Source of the DNA: Chiloscyllium plagiosum
Taxonomy: Eukaryota
DNA: 64,000 nucleotides
Direction: 5' to 3'
Assembly (NCBI RefSeq): GCF_004010195.1
Contig: NC_057719.1
Coordinates: 71,092,831-71,156,830 of the forward strand
Under the pieces are notes generated by a model that saw only the letters and a program-made list of their open reading frames with translations, was not told where the DNA came from and searched no databases. This document shows positions 37,051 through 48,407 of the stretch, piece after piece. Both the position numbers and the translations under genes were made by a program. Every line of letters begins with the position of its first letter. Within the stretch, counting starts at the first letter, position 1.

Positions 37051-37464
37051 CACCAGAATTGACTCCAGCATTTTAAGTTCCAAGCTTGTATGAATTACAT
37101 TCTTTTCAGGATTACTCATCAGTTTCTTAACAAGATGCCCACAATTTCTACAGTTAAAACTTTAATTCCTAAACTATAGTTATGTTGTAAACATATGAAC
37201 TATGAAATAGATATTCACACAAGTGCTCAGAAATTTATTGAGTTTTTTTTCTCCTGAATAAATTCTGACTTTATCTCTTTTGCTAGTGTGCCATTGTTTA
37301 TGTTCCATTATTTGATGTTATTTACTTCATGATCTTCTTGTTTTTTTCATTCTCCTTGTCATGATCCTCATGGAGATTTATATTTTAAAAAGATGCCTGT
37401 TGACAACTAAAAGAGTGGCTCAATGAGATTTTGTGTTTTTAAATGTTTACTGTAACAAATTACT

Positions 37465-37610
37465 AAAAGTGGAGAGAGAAACAGATCAATGTTTCAAGTT
37501 TGATACTACTCTTCATCAGACTGAACTTCTTCATGCTGCCAGACCTGCTGAATTTCTCCAGCATTCTATGTGTTTGTTTCAGATTTCCAACATCTGCCTT
37601 ATTTTGCCTT
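37465..37610. mobile_element. Short degenerate Penelope-like hairpin unit
   Basis: Minus-strand ctgatgaagagtagtatcaaacttgaaacattg plus the atgctgccagacctgctga...ttcagatttccaacatctgc arm. Confidence 0.6.
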
Positions 37611-39096
37611 TAATTAACTGACTAAAAGCACTATTGTTATTAGTAGACAAATTGTACTTTAAATTACAGAAAATACCATTCCCCATTATATTTATCATGT
37701 CTATGGAATTATAGTCCTTATAGAAAACAGACTTCTGCCCTTCCTGGCTTCCAATGGGTTTGCATATCCTTATTGTTACAAATAATAATTTTGAGTTCCC
37801 ATCTTTGAGCATCTTCCTCATTTTGGAGCATTTCCTAATTTCACCATCAGCAGTAAAATGTGTTTTGATGAATCTGTAGAATCCCAGGTTCTGTCGAAGA
37901 CTGCAGAATATATCATTTCAACTCAAGCTAGTCCCCTTTCTTTATTCGTTGCAGCTTGCAAAGACAAGCAGCTTCATTCTCTCTGTTAACTGTGCAAAAT
38001 TGCTGTTTCTCTGTGATATTTGTTGTTTTGCAAGGAAGTGTATAATCTGACTTCCTCTTCTACATGAGTGTGTCAGAGAGTTGAATGACATGGAAAGAGA
38101 CCCTTTGGCCGATCATGTTACTGCTGGTCAGCAAACAGCTATGTAATCTTGTCTCATTTTCTCATACATTGTCCTTAGTCTAGTTTGCTGAAGCTGAAAC
38201 ACAGGAACCATGCATACAGATAGAAATGCTGATTGATTATTCCTGATCTCAACTATTTTTCATCTTAGAATATATATGCTGTTTGCGGTATAACTACATA
38301 TTATCCAATAACCTACAAAACCTTTCTGTGACTTTGGAACTCAATGCCCTTCCCTATCCCAGGTTTACTGGCAAGATGGCATTTTTCTCAAGCAGGAGGA
38401 CAGCAAGTGGGGTTCCTGCTTTCAGCCGAATAAAGGCTGTGGTGGGAAATGCCATCTTAATGCCCACTTAGGGCCCTAGCCTGCCTCTGCTAGCATTAAC
38501 CAAATGGTGGGTGGGGAGTTAACCACGCACGGAACATGACAAGCACACCCTGACATGCTTTCCTCTCAACTTCTGGAATGGATGTGTCTTTGGTTCAAAG
38601 GCATTCAGTGCCTGATCGTGGGTCTTGGCATTCAGCGATTCACTTCCCTGCCTTTCTATTGACCGTCCACCTCCCTGCTCACTGCAGCATTCACCGACGA
38701 GCTCTCCCACCATCAGTCCACTGTGTCTGAGACACTCCTTGATTCTCAGCCTCAGCTGAGTATTGTACCAGCACTAGCCATCGCCTCTCATGTGATTTTG
38801 CCCTTCAGTAAAGCTGCCAGTGTTTAGTCTCTAATCCTGGGAAAAGTCTACCGCTGTCTTGTCAACTGCCCAAATGGAATTTATTTAGCAGTCCTTCACT
38901 AAACAAATACTACACGAGACTGTCACCAGCTCTGCTATTGGCTGCAGAGACACCTATCACCTACATTGAATATTATCTCAAGTCTATCTCATTGTGAACT
39001 CAAAGGCTGCATTTTGAACCTCCTTCCCAGTAAAACCATCTACATTTTCCTTTGAATTTTAGGCACAGGCTTACTAAATGAAGAACACCAAAAGAA

Positions 39097-39411
39097 GGGC
39101 AGCACGGTGGCTCAGTGGTTAGCACAGCTGCCTCACAGCACCAGGCTCCCAGGTTTGATTCCTGCCTGTCTGTGTGGAGTTTGCACATTCTCACTGTGTC
39201 TGCATGGGTGTACTCCCGTTTCCTCCCACAATCCAAAGATGTGCAGTTCAGATGAATTGGCCATGCTAAATTGCCGACAGTGTTAGTTGCGTTAGTCAGG
39301 GGTAAATATAGGGTAAGAGAATGGGTTTGGCTGGGTTTCTCTTCAGAGGGGCGATGTGGACTTGTTGGGCTGAAGGGCCTGTTTCCACACTGTAGAGAAT
39401 CTAATCTAATC
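39097..39411 (+). mobile_element. HE1 V-SINE
   Basis: tRNA head, V-domain and (aatct)n tail. Confidence 0.9.
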
Positions 39412-39417
39412 ATTCTT

Positions 39418-39668
39418 AAAACTGTGGATGCTGTAAATCGGAAACAAAAACAGAAGTTGTTGGAAGAGAAATCAGCAAGTTCTGAGGAAGGGTTACCGGA
39501 CCAAAACGTTAATTGCTGGAAAAGCTCAGCAGGTCTGGCAGCAGCTGTGAAGAGAAATCAGAATTTGAAGTTCTGAGGAAGGGTTACCTGACCAAAATGT
39601 TAATTCTGATTTCTCTTCACAGGTGCTACCAGACCTTCTGAGCTTTTCCAGCAACTTCTGTTTTTGTT
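39418..39668. mobile_element. Family-D hairpin unit with two tandem hammerhead remnants
   Basis: aagtt-CTGAGGA-agggttacc.gacc-aaaa(c/t)gtt-aatt at 39477-39514 and 39568-39605, inside inverted arms. Confidence 0.75.
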
Positions 39669-39899
39669 GCCCAGGCTAACTATCAGGCTGACTGCAGGAT
39701 AAGTTAGGTCACTCCTTCCATTCACTGTAAATTTAAAGTTAGAGTTCCAAAACATTGTACCCTTAAAACCTCAGAATTTGTATCTCTCTCCCGTGCTACC
39801 TACAGTATCTTAAATTGGATTGAAACAACTGAAAAGCAGATTTCCTTTGCTCTCACTGTTTAGAACTAAATTTTAAAATTTTACACAAATACAATTTTG

Positions 39900-40800
39900 G
39901 AGCATCAATCAAGAAGATTTGTGCAATATTGGTAGTCATTATGCAAGATTGGAAACTGAGCAAGTATCAATTGATTAGAAACAGGATACCTTGGTGTTCA
40001 TATTCAAAAGAAGGAAAATAAAGCAGACACAGGCAATTACTAATTAATCTTGCTTCCATTCCATGCAAAATGGAATTGCTCATAGGAGTAAATTTGAGGT
40101 TATTTGTACAATAATAACTGAGTAAACAACAGTCAGCATGGATTCAGAAGGGGAAGATTCTGTCTGACTAATTTACTTGACTTCATTGAAGATTTGGCAA
40201 CCCAATGGGCTGGGATAATCCCATGGGTTGCTGTACTTAGACATCCAAAAGATATTTGACCAAGTTCCACATGAAAGACTATTTGTTAAGTTCAAAGCTA
40301 TGGGGAATTATTGTGAACTGTGGGAATAGTTAAGAAGCGAACTGAAGGATAGGAAACAATGAGTGCTCATTAGTGAAGTTATGTCACATTGAGTGGAGCC
40401 AGTGCTGAATGAAGTGCCTCAGGGCTTCTGTTGCAACTACTACTGTGACTAATTTGCATAAACAACCTGAATTTAGACACTAAAGTAGATAAGGTTGCAG
40501 GTGATGCCAGATGAGAAAAGGCAGTCAATTTGGAAAAGGTAGCTCAGAAATTAATGAATGAGTTGAACAAACGTAAATGAACACTGGAAGAATGAGTGAA
40601 ACTTAATCCAATGATTTTAAGGCAGTATTTTATGAAAGGAAAAAGTGGTACTCCAGAAAATGTGTTAAAATAGAGAATGAAGAAACTCAAAGAGGTTAAG
40701 AAGCCATAACAAACTCAACAACAATTATGTCCAAACAACATAGAACAGTGATCAATAGAGCCAATGGTATTTTCTGTTGTGGAGCTCATGGACCAGATTA
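39900..40800 (+). mobile_element. Ancient CR1 RT fragment
   Basis: aacagtcagcatggattcagaaggggaagattctgtctgactaatttactt encodes SQHGFRRGRFCLTNLL; FDQVPH remnant at ~40255. Confidence 0.7.
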
Positions 40801-40859
40801 TGCATAAAAGGAGTTAATTTTTTAAATTAAAGTTCAGACCATATTTTAAATATCCACCA

Positions 40860-41010
40860 ATAATACTGGAAATATTCAGCAGATCTGGCAGCAACTTTGG
40901 AGAAAGAAATAAGGTTAACATTTCTGATGAAGGGTTCTACTCAGTTTCTCTTTCCACAGTATTTCCAGAATTATCTGTTTCTTTTTCAGATTTCGCAATA
41001 ATTGCTTTTG
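40860..41010. mobile_element. Short degenerate Penelope-like hairpin unit
   Basis: tactggaaatattcagcagatctggcagca...ttctgatgaaggg...tctctttccacag. Confidence 0.55.
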
Positions 41011-41443
41011 TCATGTGCCAATTTAAATATCCACCCTTAGTTACACTGAATCTAAGCTAACATTGGAGTAGCAGAGACAGTGCTGAAAAAGATGTGGAAA
41101 TGATTTTCAAATCCTGGTCCCTGACTTTTCAAGATACAGAAGACTTATAAAGTCTGTAGAGACTGATAAATTTTAAAAAGAATTTCAAAATTCCATTTAC
41201 TAACTGCTAGGGTTACTTGACAAGAATTCACATTTTAAGACTTTTCTCCTGGAAAATAAACTAATAATACTCTTCAGTAATACAATTTTTGAAGGCAACT
41301 GCAGACAGATCTTTCCTAACACAACATTTAAAAAAACCTATCAGACAGGTGCTACACTGTCCATTAAGTATGCATTCAGTTCTTTGAGAATCAATTCAAA
41401 ATAATTCTGCGCTCCTTGCTGCTCTCTTCCTTATGCAGCCTTT

Positions 41444-41770
41444 GGGGTGGCATAGAGACTCAGTGGTTAACACTGCTGCCTCACAGCATCAGGGCCCCAA
41501 CTTCGACTCTACCCTCAGATGACTGTGTGGAGTCTTTATGTTCTCCCTGTGTCTGTGTGGGTTTGCTCTAGTTTCCTCCCATGACCCAACGTTGTGCAGG
41601 TTAGGTGAATTGGCCATACTCAATTGCCCATTGTGTTCAGGGATGTGTAGGTTAGGTACATGAGCAGGGGTAAATGTTGAGAAATGGGTCTGGATGGGAT
41701 ACTCTTTGGAGGATCAGTGTGGACTTGTTGGGCTGAAGGGCCTGTTTCCACACTGCAGGGATTCTAATTC
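41444..41770 (+). mobile_element. HE1 V-SINE (older)
   Basis: Head, V-domain and ggacttgttgggctgaagggcctgtttccacactg tail. Confidence 0.9.
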
Positions 41771-42454
41771 TTGGAGCACTAAAGTCAAGGACTGTTGCTC
41801 ATGGTGTGCATTTTACAGAATTTGGAATTTTCTCATCACGTAAAGGTAGGCAAAGCTACACCCTTATTTTAGCTCCTTATGAATTTAGACTTTCTAAGCA
41901 ATCTGCAGCTTCCAATCCTGTTCCTGCACAATGACCCTCATCATCTTTCCACTTTCAGCTGTACTTTCTCTCTGGACCCCAACAGATAACTTTGCCCAAG
42001 GGTTTTCAGGAATGTCTTAAGAGAGCCTTCTCTCCCAAAGTGCATTCCCATGGTAATGTGAATCACATGAATCTAACATCCCAATAAACACATTGAAATC
42101 CTTGAGACACTAACTCTCCTTTATCTTGTGAGATTTAGCTGTTCTTTAATATAATTCCATTTTCTTTTGGCTCGATGCCACTTTTGTTGAGTTTCATGGA
42201 GGATTTCTCCATGGAATTTTGTCATGTGATCATTCCCATTTGCCTCATAACTGCCTACCATCTCCCCTCCATGCCCTTCACATCCAATGGTAGCCCAATT
42301 GTACCACTCATCATAGCCAGACATACTCACCATTAGTTGGATATCCCAGGATAGACCAGTATCTCTGATGCTGCTGCTTCGTTAAAATGCCATTGTACAT
42401 CCAAGTTTTTACTTCCAATGAAGACTAAGTGAGAGAGCAAGCAAACAACCATGT

Positions 42455-43125
42455 GTCGTAGAGTTATGCAGCACAGAAACAGATGCTTCATTCCAAATCG
42501 TCCATGTTGACCAGATATCCTAAACTAATCTAGTCCTTTGGCTCATATTTGGCTTTTGGCTTATATCCTCCTAAATGCTTCCTATTATTGACCCCTCTAG
42601 ATGCCTTTTAAATGTTGCAATTGTACCAGTCTCCACCACTTCCTTTGCTCCAGGGAAACCAGGCTCAGTCTCTTCAGCCTCTCCCTACAGCTAAAAGCCT
42701 CCAATCCTAGCAATGTCCTTGCATGGTAGCTCAGTGATTAGCACTGCTGCCTCACAGCACCAAGGACCCAGGTTCAATTCCCACCTTGGGCATACTCCTA
42801 CCTGTGGAGTATGCACATTCTCCCTGTGTCTGTGTGAGTTTCCTTCAGGTGCTCCGGTTTCCTCCCACAGTCCATAGATGTGCAGGTTAGGTGAATTGGC
42901 CATGCTAAATTGTCTGTAGTGTTAGGTGGATTAGTCAGGGGTAAATATAGGGGGTGGGTTTCTCTTCAGAGGGTCGGTGTAGACTTGTTGGGCCGAAGGG
43001 CCTGTTACCACACTGTAGGTATCTAATCTAATCTAATATCCTTTCTGAACCCTTTCAAGTTTAACAATATCTTTCCTGCAGAAGGGAGATTAGAATTGAA
43101 CATAGTATCCCAGCTTGGTCTAGTC
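42455..43125 (-). mobile_element. CR1/HER1 3' fragment interrupted by an HE1 SINE
   Basis: CR1 tail at 42455-42720 resumes at ~43037 (atcctttctgaaccctttcaag). Confidence 0.8.
42721..43036 (+). mobile_element. HE1 V-SINE nested in CR1
   Basis: Complete SINE body; approximate TSD aatgtcctt/aatatcctt. Confidence 0.9.
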
Positions 43126-43129
43126 AGCT

Positions 43130-45520
43130 ACCTGGGTGCCTGTCTTTGTAGACAGTGTCCTTTCAGTCGTTCTGCTCTGATAAGTGCCAGTGCACCTCAA
43201 AGTGCAGCATGGCAACATAGTAGTGTACTGCAAATGGATCAAACTGGTCGTGCTGAGTGCTGGCATGTGTTGGATGCCACCATCTGTGAACATAGGAGCA
43301 TGCTCTGAAATGTTGGTGATTGGTATCCAAGATGGCAGTCTGGAGAAGCAAGCAGGGAGCTGGAACTTCCAGATGTTCACGTTAGGAATTTTCAGCATCT
43401 TATTTTTATCTTGCCTGTATTGAAATAGAAACCTGCTTGTTAATGATTTGATATTTCTTGTTAGTGTAGTTAATAACAAGCAGTAATCCCCGTGAACAGG
43501 CATCCAGCCACTCCTTAGCAAGAAGCTCACATCAATGTCTGGAACTCTTTGCATAAGTGTGACTTCTTGTTCTGGACATCACTGGACTTCTCATATGAGC
43601 TTGCCAAATTTCTCATCATAGCCCATGTCAAACAGGTCCCTGTTAAGATTCTGCCCAATATTCTTCACACTTTTCTAAGACTTTGAAAGCTTGCAGTATA
43701 TCCACCATTAGCACACATGCTGCTGCTATTGTCTCCAAATGTAACCATCTTGCACCTTATTCATAGTAAAACAATCTGAGCTCTTTTTAATCTGTAGCAA
43801 TCCAACTGCACAAAATAGCTGTTAGGTAGATCTCAGAACATGTGATATGATACCCCCCAACCCCGCTACTTTCCCCCACTTTATTTAAGCATAATTTAAG
43901 ACAGTACCAAAACACAACCTTATAAACTGTATTATTACAACAATAGATAGGTATGAGTTCAACCAACAATGTTCTTTAGCAATAAGACAACTGGTTTTGG
44001 CTCCTGCCTCCAACAACATACTCTTGCAATTGATTCCATTCCCTTTCAGGCCATTTGCAATCTCAGAATCCTGTTGGATTCCAGCCCTCTGGTCACAAAT
44101 ACTTCCTATCGCTGAAAACACTACTTCTACAGCACCATCTGCTGAAGCCTCTGCCATGTCCAACATGGAGAACGCATCTGCTGACATCTGTAATTTTCCT
44201 TCAGCAGATTTAGTCTTGTGTGCAAATTCCTCAAGACAAAGATAAAATTATTGCATCCAGGGAGGCATTTTTGACAATTATTGCTCATTTACCAGTGAGA
44301 CCAGTGGCTTATAATTGGTTTCTCAAAAACCTACGAAATTTAATACTAAACCTGAAAACTTCTTACAGGCCCATGCCACTGATAAAGCCATCACTTATTT
44401 TGTCCTGATCTTTTCGAACAGAGGTTGTAAGGCACAGATGCCAAACTGGCTACTGAAGAGCTCTTGAGTAAACAGCTTGGGAGGCCTTGAGTTTTTTAAC
44501 AAGCCTGAATGGGTTTGGCCAGCTCGCACAGATCCAGATTTCTACGTTTTGGTTTTTTTCAGTAACATCAAAAGATATTGGGGTCTGAAAAGAGTTGGAA
44601 GCTTTAGTGATAGTTATTTGACTGCTACTCTCTGAACCTGAATCTTGATGTTTTTTCCCTCCTGAATGGGAGAACTGCATGTAAGAATCTGAGTCTGAAT
44701 TTTCCTTTCTGTCAAGGGGTGTGTTGGAACAGTTAATTAGTAATAGTTACTGTACCTATTATTCTGTTAAGTTTCTAATCTGTTAAGTCATTTTAAATTT
44801 CTCTTCCTTTTGATATATTTTAACTACAGTGTAAATAAATTGTCTTTTGGTTAACTTTGAGTAGTTTGACCAGTTGTATTGCACCTGAGATACTTTATTT
44901 GCTTTAAAAAATAATAAAAAGTTAGTGTCTCTTCTAACCTTATTAAAATATTTTTGAGGCGGTCTGACCTGGTTCATAACAAATTGCATATTGGATTTCC
45001 ATATCAAATGATGAGCAAGATACAAAATATATTGGTTCTCTCTTTCGTTCTGGCTGTTCATGGAAAAAACATTGCTCTAAAATCTGTGACTCAGACATTA
45101 ATAGCCAGGAATGATAGATTTTAATGGGCCAACATAATCAATTTGTGTTTGATCTCCTGGAAGACCTCTTCTATACGTATGTTCCAGCACCATCCTGAGA
45201 CTTTCTGGTGAAATGTCTCCAGGATTGGTTATGGCTGCCAAATTGGGTAAAATATTTTCTAACCTGTTTGCCATTCCCAAAAATCATTCCAAGTCATGCG
45301 CTGAGTTTGGAGAAGGGAACGCTTCACTCTTCGTTTTGCAGAGATTGAGGTTCTATGTGGTCTTCATTAATGATATGTCCTAGAAATTGTATTGTTTCCT
45401 TGGAGAAGTCACATTTCTCATAGAGAGTAAGCCCTGCTGCCTGTCGTCATTTCCAGGCTGTATGTACTCCCTGGCTCATTAATTACTGACATTTCTACTT
45501 GCACAAAAATACCAGTCCTT
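43130..45520 (-). mobile_element. Ty3/Gypsy pol fossil (RT-RNase H-integrase)
   Basis: AGLTLYEKCDFSKETIQFLGHII and FLGMANRLENILPNLA (RT, ~45200-45440); VAWACKKF, YKPLVSL, GKLQMSADAFS (RNase H, ~44170-44390); FSR..WIP..ISEHAPMFT (integrase, ~43280-43350). Confidence 0.75.
44510..44981 (+). mobile_element. Partial solo LTR inserted in the Gypsy fossil
   Basis: Ends ggtctgacctggttcataaCA, the reverse complement of the 33875/14587 LTR terminus; AATAAA at ~44835. Confidence 0.65.
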
Positions 45521-45532
45521 CATACAGGACAG

Positions 45533-45657
45533 GGAGAAAGTGAGGACTGCAGATGCTGGGGATCAGAGCTTAAATATGTGTTGCTGGAAAAGCGCAGTAG
45601 CTTAAAAATGTGTTGCTGGAAAAGCATAGTAGCTTTTCCAGCAACACATTTTTAAGC
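45533..45657. mobile_element. Family-A terminal fragment with internal tandem and inverted duplication
   Basis: ggagaaagtgaggactgcagatgctgg..., two copies of gcttaaa.atgtgttgctggaaaagc, then an inverted copy; cttcatac repeated at both flanks. Confidence 0.7.
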
Positions 45658-45839
45658 TTCATACGGAACACCCTTGTAGAATGTTGGACATATACATTGG
45701 AAGAACGCTGGAGGTGAGGTGATTCCAAAGGACGAGTTGTTGAGATGGTGGTGAGAGAAACCTCAATGGCTTTGTTCGCTAGACTAAGAGTCAGGAGGAC
45801 CTCCTAGTGAGCACATCACTGCCACCAGTCTGCAACTTA

Positions 45840-46900
45840 AACAGGCAGGAAGCTGGAAGAACAGAGCAAACCAGTCAGCATCAGGAGGTAGAGAAGTCAA
45901 CATTTCAGGTGCAAATCGTCTTCAGAGGAAGTGGTGAGGCTGGTACAATTGCAATATTAAAAAGGCATTTGAATGGGTATATGAATAGGAAGGGTTTGGA
46001 GGGATATGGGCTGGGTGCTGGCAAGGATAGGTGAAGACAGGTAGAGGGGATGAATCCGGTTGGTGGAAGGGAGGAGTAGAAGGGAGGGACTGGGAAGGGA
46101 GTCGGGGGATGGGAAGGGAGGTTATTTGAAATTGGAGAACTCTGTGTTGAGTCCTTCAGGCTGCAGATTGTCCAGGCAGAAGATGTTCCTCCAGTTTGCG
46201 GTTTGATTCATTGTGGCAATGGAGGAGGCAGAGGATGGTCATGTCGGAAAGAGAGTCAGAAGGGAATTAAAATGGGTGTTGACTGGGAGGTCTGGTCGGC
46301 CCCTGTGGGCCTGGCTGAGATGCTTGGCGAACCATTCTCTAAGTTTACTTTCGGTGTGCCTGACGTACAGAAAACCACATCAGGAGCACCTGATGCAGAA
46401 AAAACCAGGTTGGAGGAGAGGCAGGTGAACCTCAGTCTCACCTGGAAGGACTGTTTGGGGCCTTGGATGGAGGTGAGGGGGGGAGGGTGGTGTCCGCCAG
46501 GCTTTGTATCTTTTCTGGTTGCAGGGAAAGTTCCTGGGGATTGTGGGGGGGCGGGGTGTGGTGGGGGGTGGCGGTGGTCGCTTGGTGGGGAGTGTGGTGC
46601 AAACCAAGGACTATCAAAGGGAACAGTCCCTGCGGAGGGCAGAGATGTTCTTAGTAGTGGGGTCCAGTTGGAGTTGACGGAAGTGTTTATGGATGATGCA
46701 TTGGATGTGGAGTCTGATGAGACAGTAGTTGAGGTCAAGGGGGACTGTGTCTTTATTGCGTTTGCAGGGGGATTTCAGAGCAGGGAATAGAGGTGGTGTG
46801 GTGGAAGGGTCTCTGATAACAGAGGGAGGAAAAGCATGTTGTTTGAAATAGCTGGATATCTGGGATGCTTGGGAGTGAAATGTCTCCTTTTTCGAGCAGA
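45840..46900 (-). mobile_element. Penelope-like element 3' half (GIY-YIG) containing a CR1 fragment
   Basis: ORF 46256-46738 GTFPATRK...IQGPKQSFQVRLRFTCLSSNLVF, with CGFLYV in a shifted frame; hammerhead remnant at ~45897-45926; CR1 piece 45925-46025(+). Confidence 0.85.
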
Positions 46901-46960
46901 TTGGGCCGAAGGGCCTGTTTCCACACTGTAATCTAATCTAATCTAATCTAATCTAATCTA
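46901..46960 (+). mobile_element. HE1 SINE 3' tail only
   Basis: ttgggccgaagggcctgtttccacactg followed by (taatc)6. Confidence 0.85.
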
Positions 46961-46967
46961 AAAAAAA

Positions 46968-48407
46968 GCTATCTACTAATCTAACCTACAACTAACCAGA
47001 GTGTATATTTAAGTCTCTTACATGCTCGGAATGTGTTAACATCAGACGTAATAAAACCCGTATTCGCGCAGGATTCCTCTCCCAAGGGGCCCCGGACCAG
47101 CCAGGTTTGTAATCTCAATTAAATAAAAGCCCTTGTTAGGATAGCCGAAATATCTGTATTTATGTAATTCAAGAAGGGCTGCCATATTTTATAAAATAAT
47201 TCGGTCTTTCGGTGCACCATATTTGTAAGGAAGTCAAGGGGAATACATTCCATAATTAATCTGTGCCAATTTGAAAGTCCAGGGGAGCCCTCAGCCGCCC
47301 AGTTCACCAAAATATTTTTCCTTGCACAGAAAGAAAGAATAGAAATAGTCTCTTCCCGTACGTGTCCAGGGAGGGAAAGTTCGAAAAGCCCAAGAGGAGA
47401 GATACAGGGTCCACTTTAATTTCCGTTCCTAAAATTTCTGTCAGGGTACTTGCTACTTTAGTCCAATATCTACGGATCTTATGACAGGTCCATAAGCAAT
47501 ATACAAGAGTGCCCACCTCTATTTTGCATTTAGGACACATTGGAGATGCTCCTGCCTTAAATTTTGCCAATCGAACNNNNNNNNNNNNNNNNNNNNNNNN
47601 NNNNNNNNNNNNNNNNNNNNNNNNNNNNNNNNNNNNNNNNNNNNNNNNNNNNNNNNNNNNNNNNNNNNNNNNNNNNNNNNNNNNNNNNNNNNNNNNNNNN
47701 NNNNNNNNNNNNNNNNNNNNNNNNNNNNNNNNNNNNNNNNNNNNNNNNNNNNNNNNNNNNNNNNNNNNNNNNNNNNNNNNNNNNNNNNNNNNNNNNNNNN
47801 NNNNNNNNNNNNNNNNNNNNNNNNNNNNNNNNNNNNNNNNNNNNNNNNNNNNNNNNNNNNNNNNNNNNNNNNNNNNNNNNNNNNNNNNNNNNNNNNNNNN
47901 NNNNNNNNNNNNNNNNNNNNNNNNNNNNNNNNNNNNNNNNNNNNNNNNNNNNNNNNNNNNNNNNNNNNNNNNNNNNNNNNNNNNNNNNNNNNNNNNNNNN
48001 NNNNNNNNNNNNNNNNNNNNNNNNNNNNNNNNNNNNNNNNNNNNNNNNNNNNNNNNNNNNNNNNNNNNNNNNNNNNNNNNNNNNNNNNNNNNNNNNNNNN
48101 NNNNNNNNNNNNNNNNNNNNNNNNNNNNNNNNNNNNNNNNNNNNNNNNNNNNNNNATAAAGCCGTCCTCGGCAGCATCACCGGAAGCATTCTCACAGGAT
48201 ATAGGAGACGGGGCAGGACATTCATTTTGATTAGTGCTATTCTACCCAACCAGGAAATTGGAAGGTCTCCCCATCGCTGGAGGTCCTGCCTTATCCTTTC
48301 CAGTAAATGCACAAAATTAGCCTTATACAACTGACCAAATACTGGAGTAATAAAAATGCCTAAATATAAGAAGCCCTCCAGGTACCAACGAAAGGGAAAA
48401 AGGGAGC
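46968..48407 (-). mobile_element. L1/Tx1-clade LINE, 5'-truncated ORF2 C-terminus + 3' UTR, spanning a gap
   Basis: FLYLGIFIT...W.DLPISWLGRIALIKMNVLPRLLY (48156-48400); zinc knuckle CPKC...YCLWTC (47304-47570); stop at 47119. Confidence 0.9.
47577..48155. other. Assembly gap (N run)
   Basis: 579 N. Confidence 1.

Noticed and set aside
38330..38980. GC-richer segment resembling an old non-autonomous DNA transposon
   Set aside because: No terminal inverted repeat pair or TSD could be identified
47509..48334. Long ORFs of 216-257 aa
   Set aside because: Their length comes from translating the N gap; only the flanking L1 residues are real
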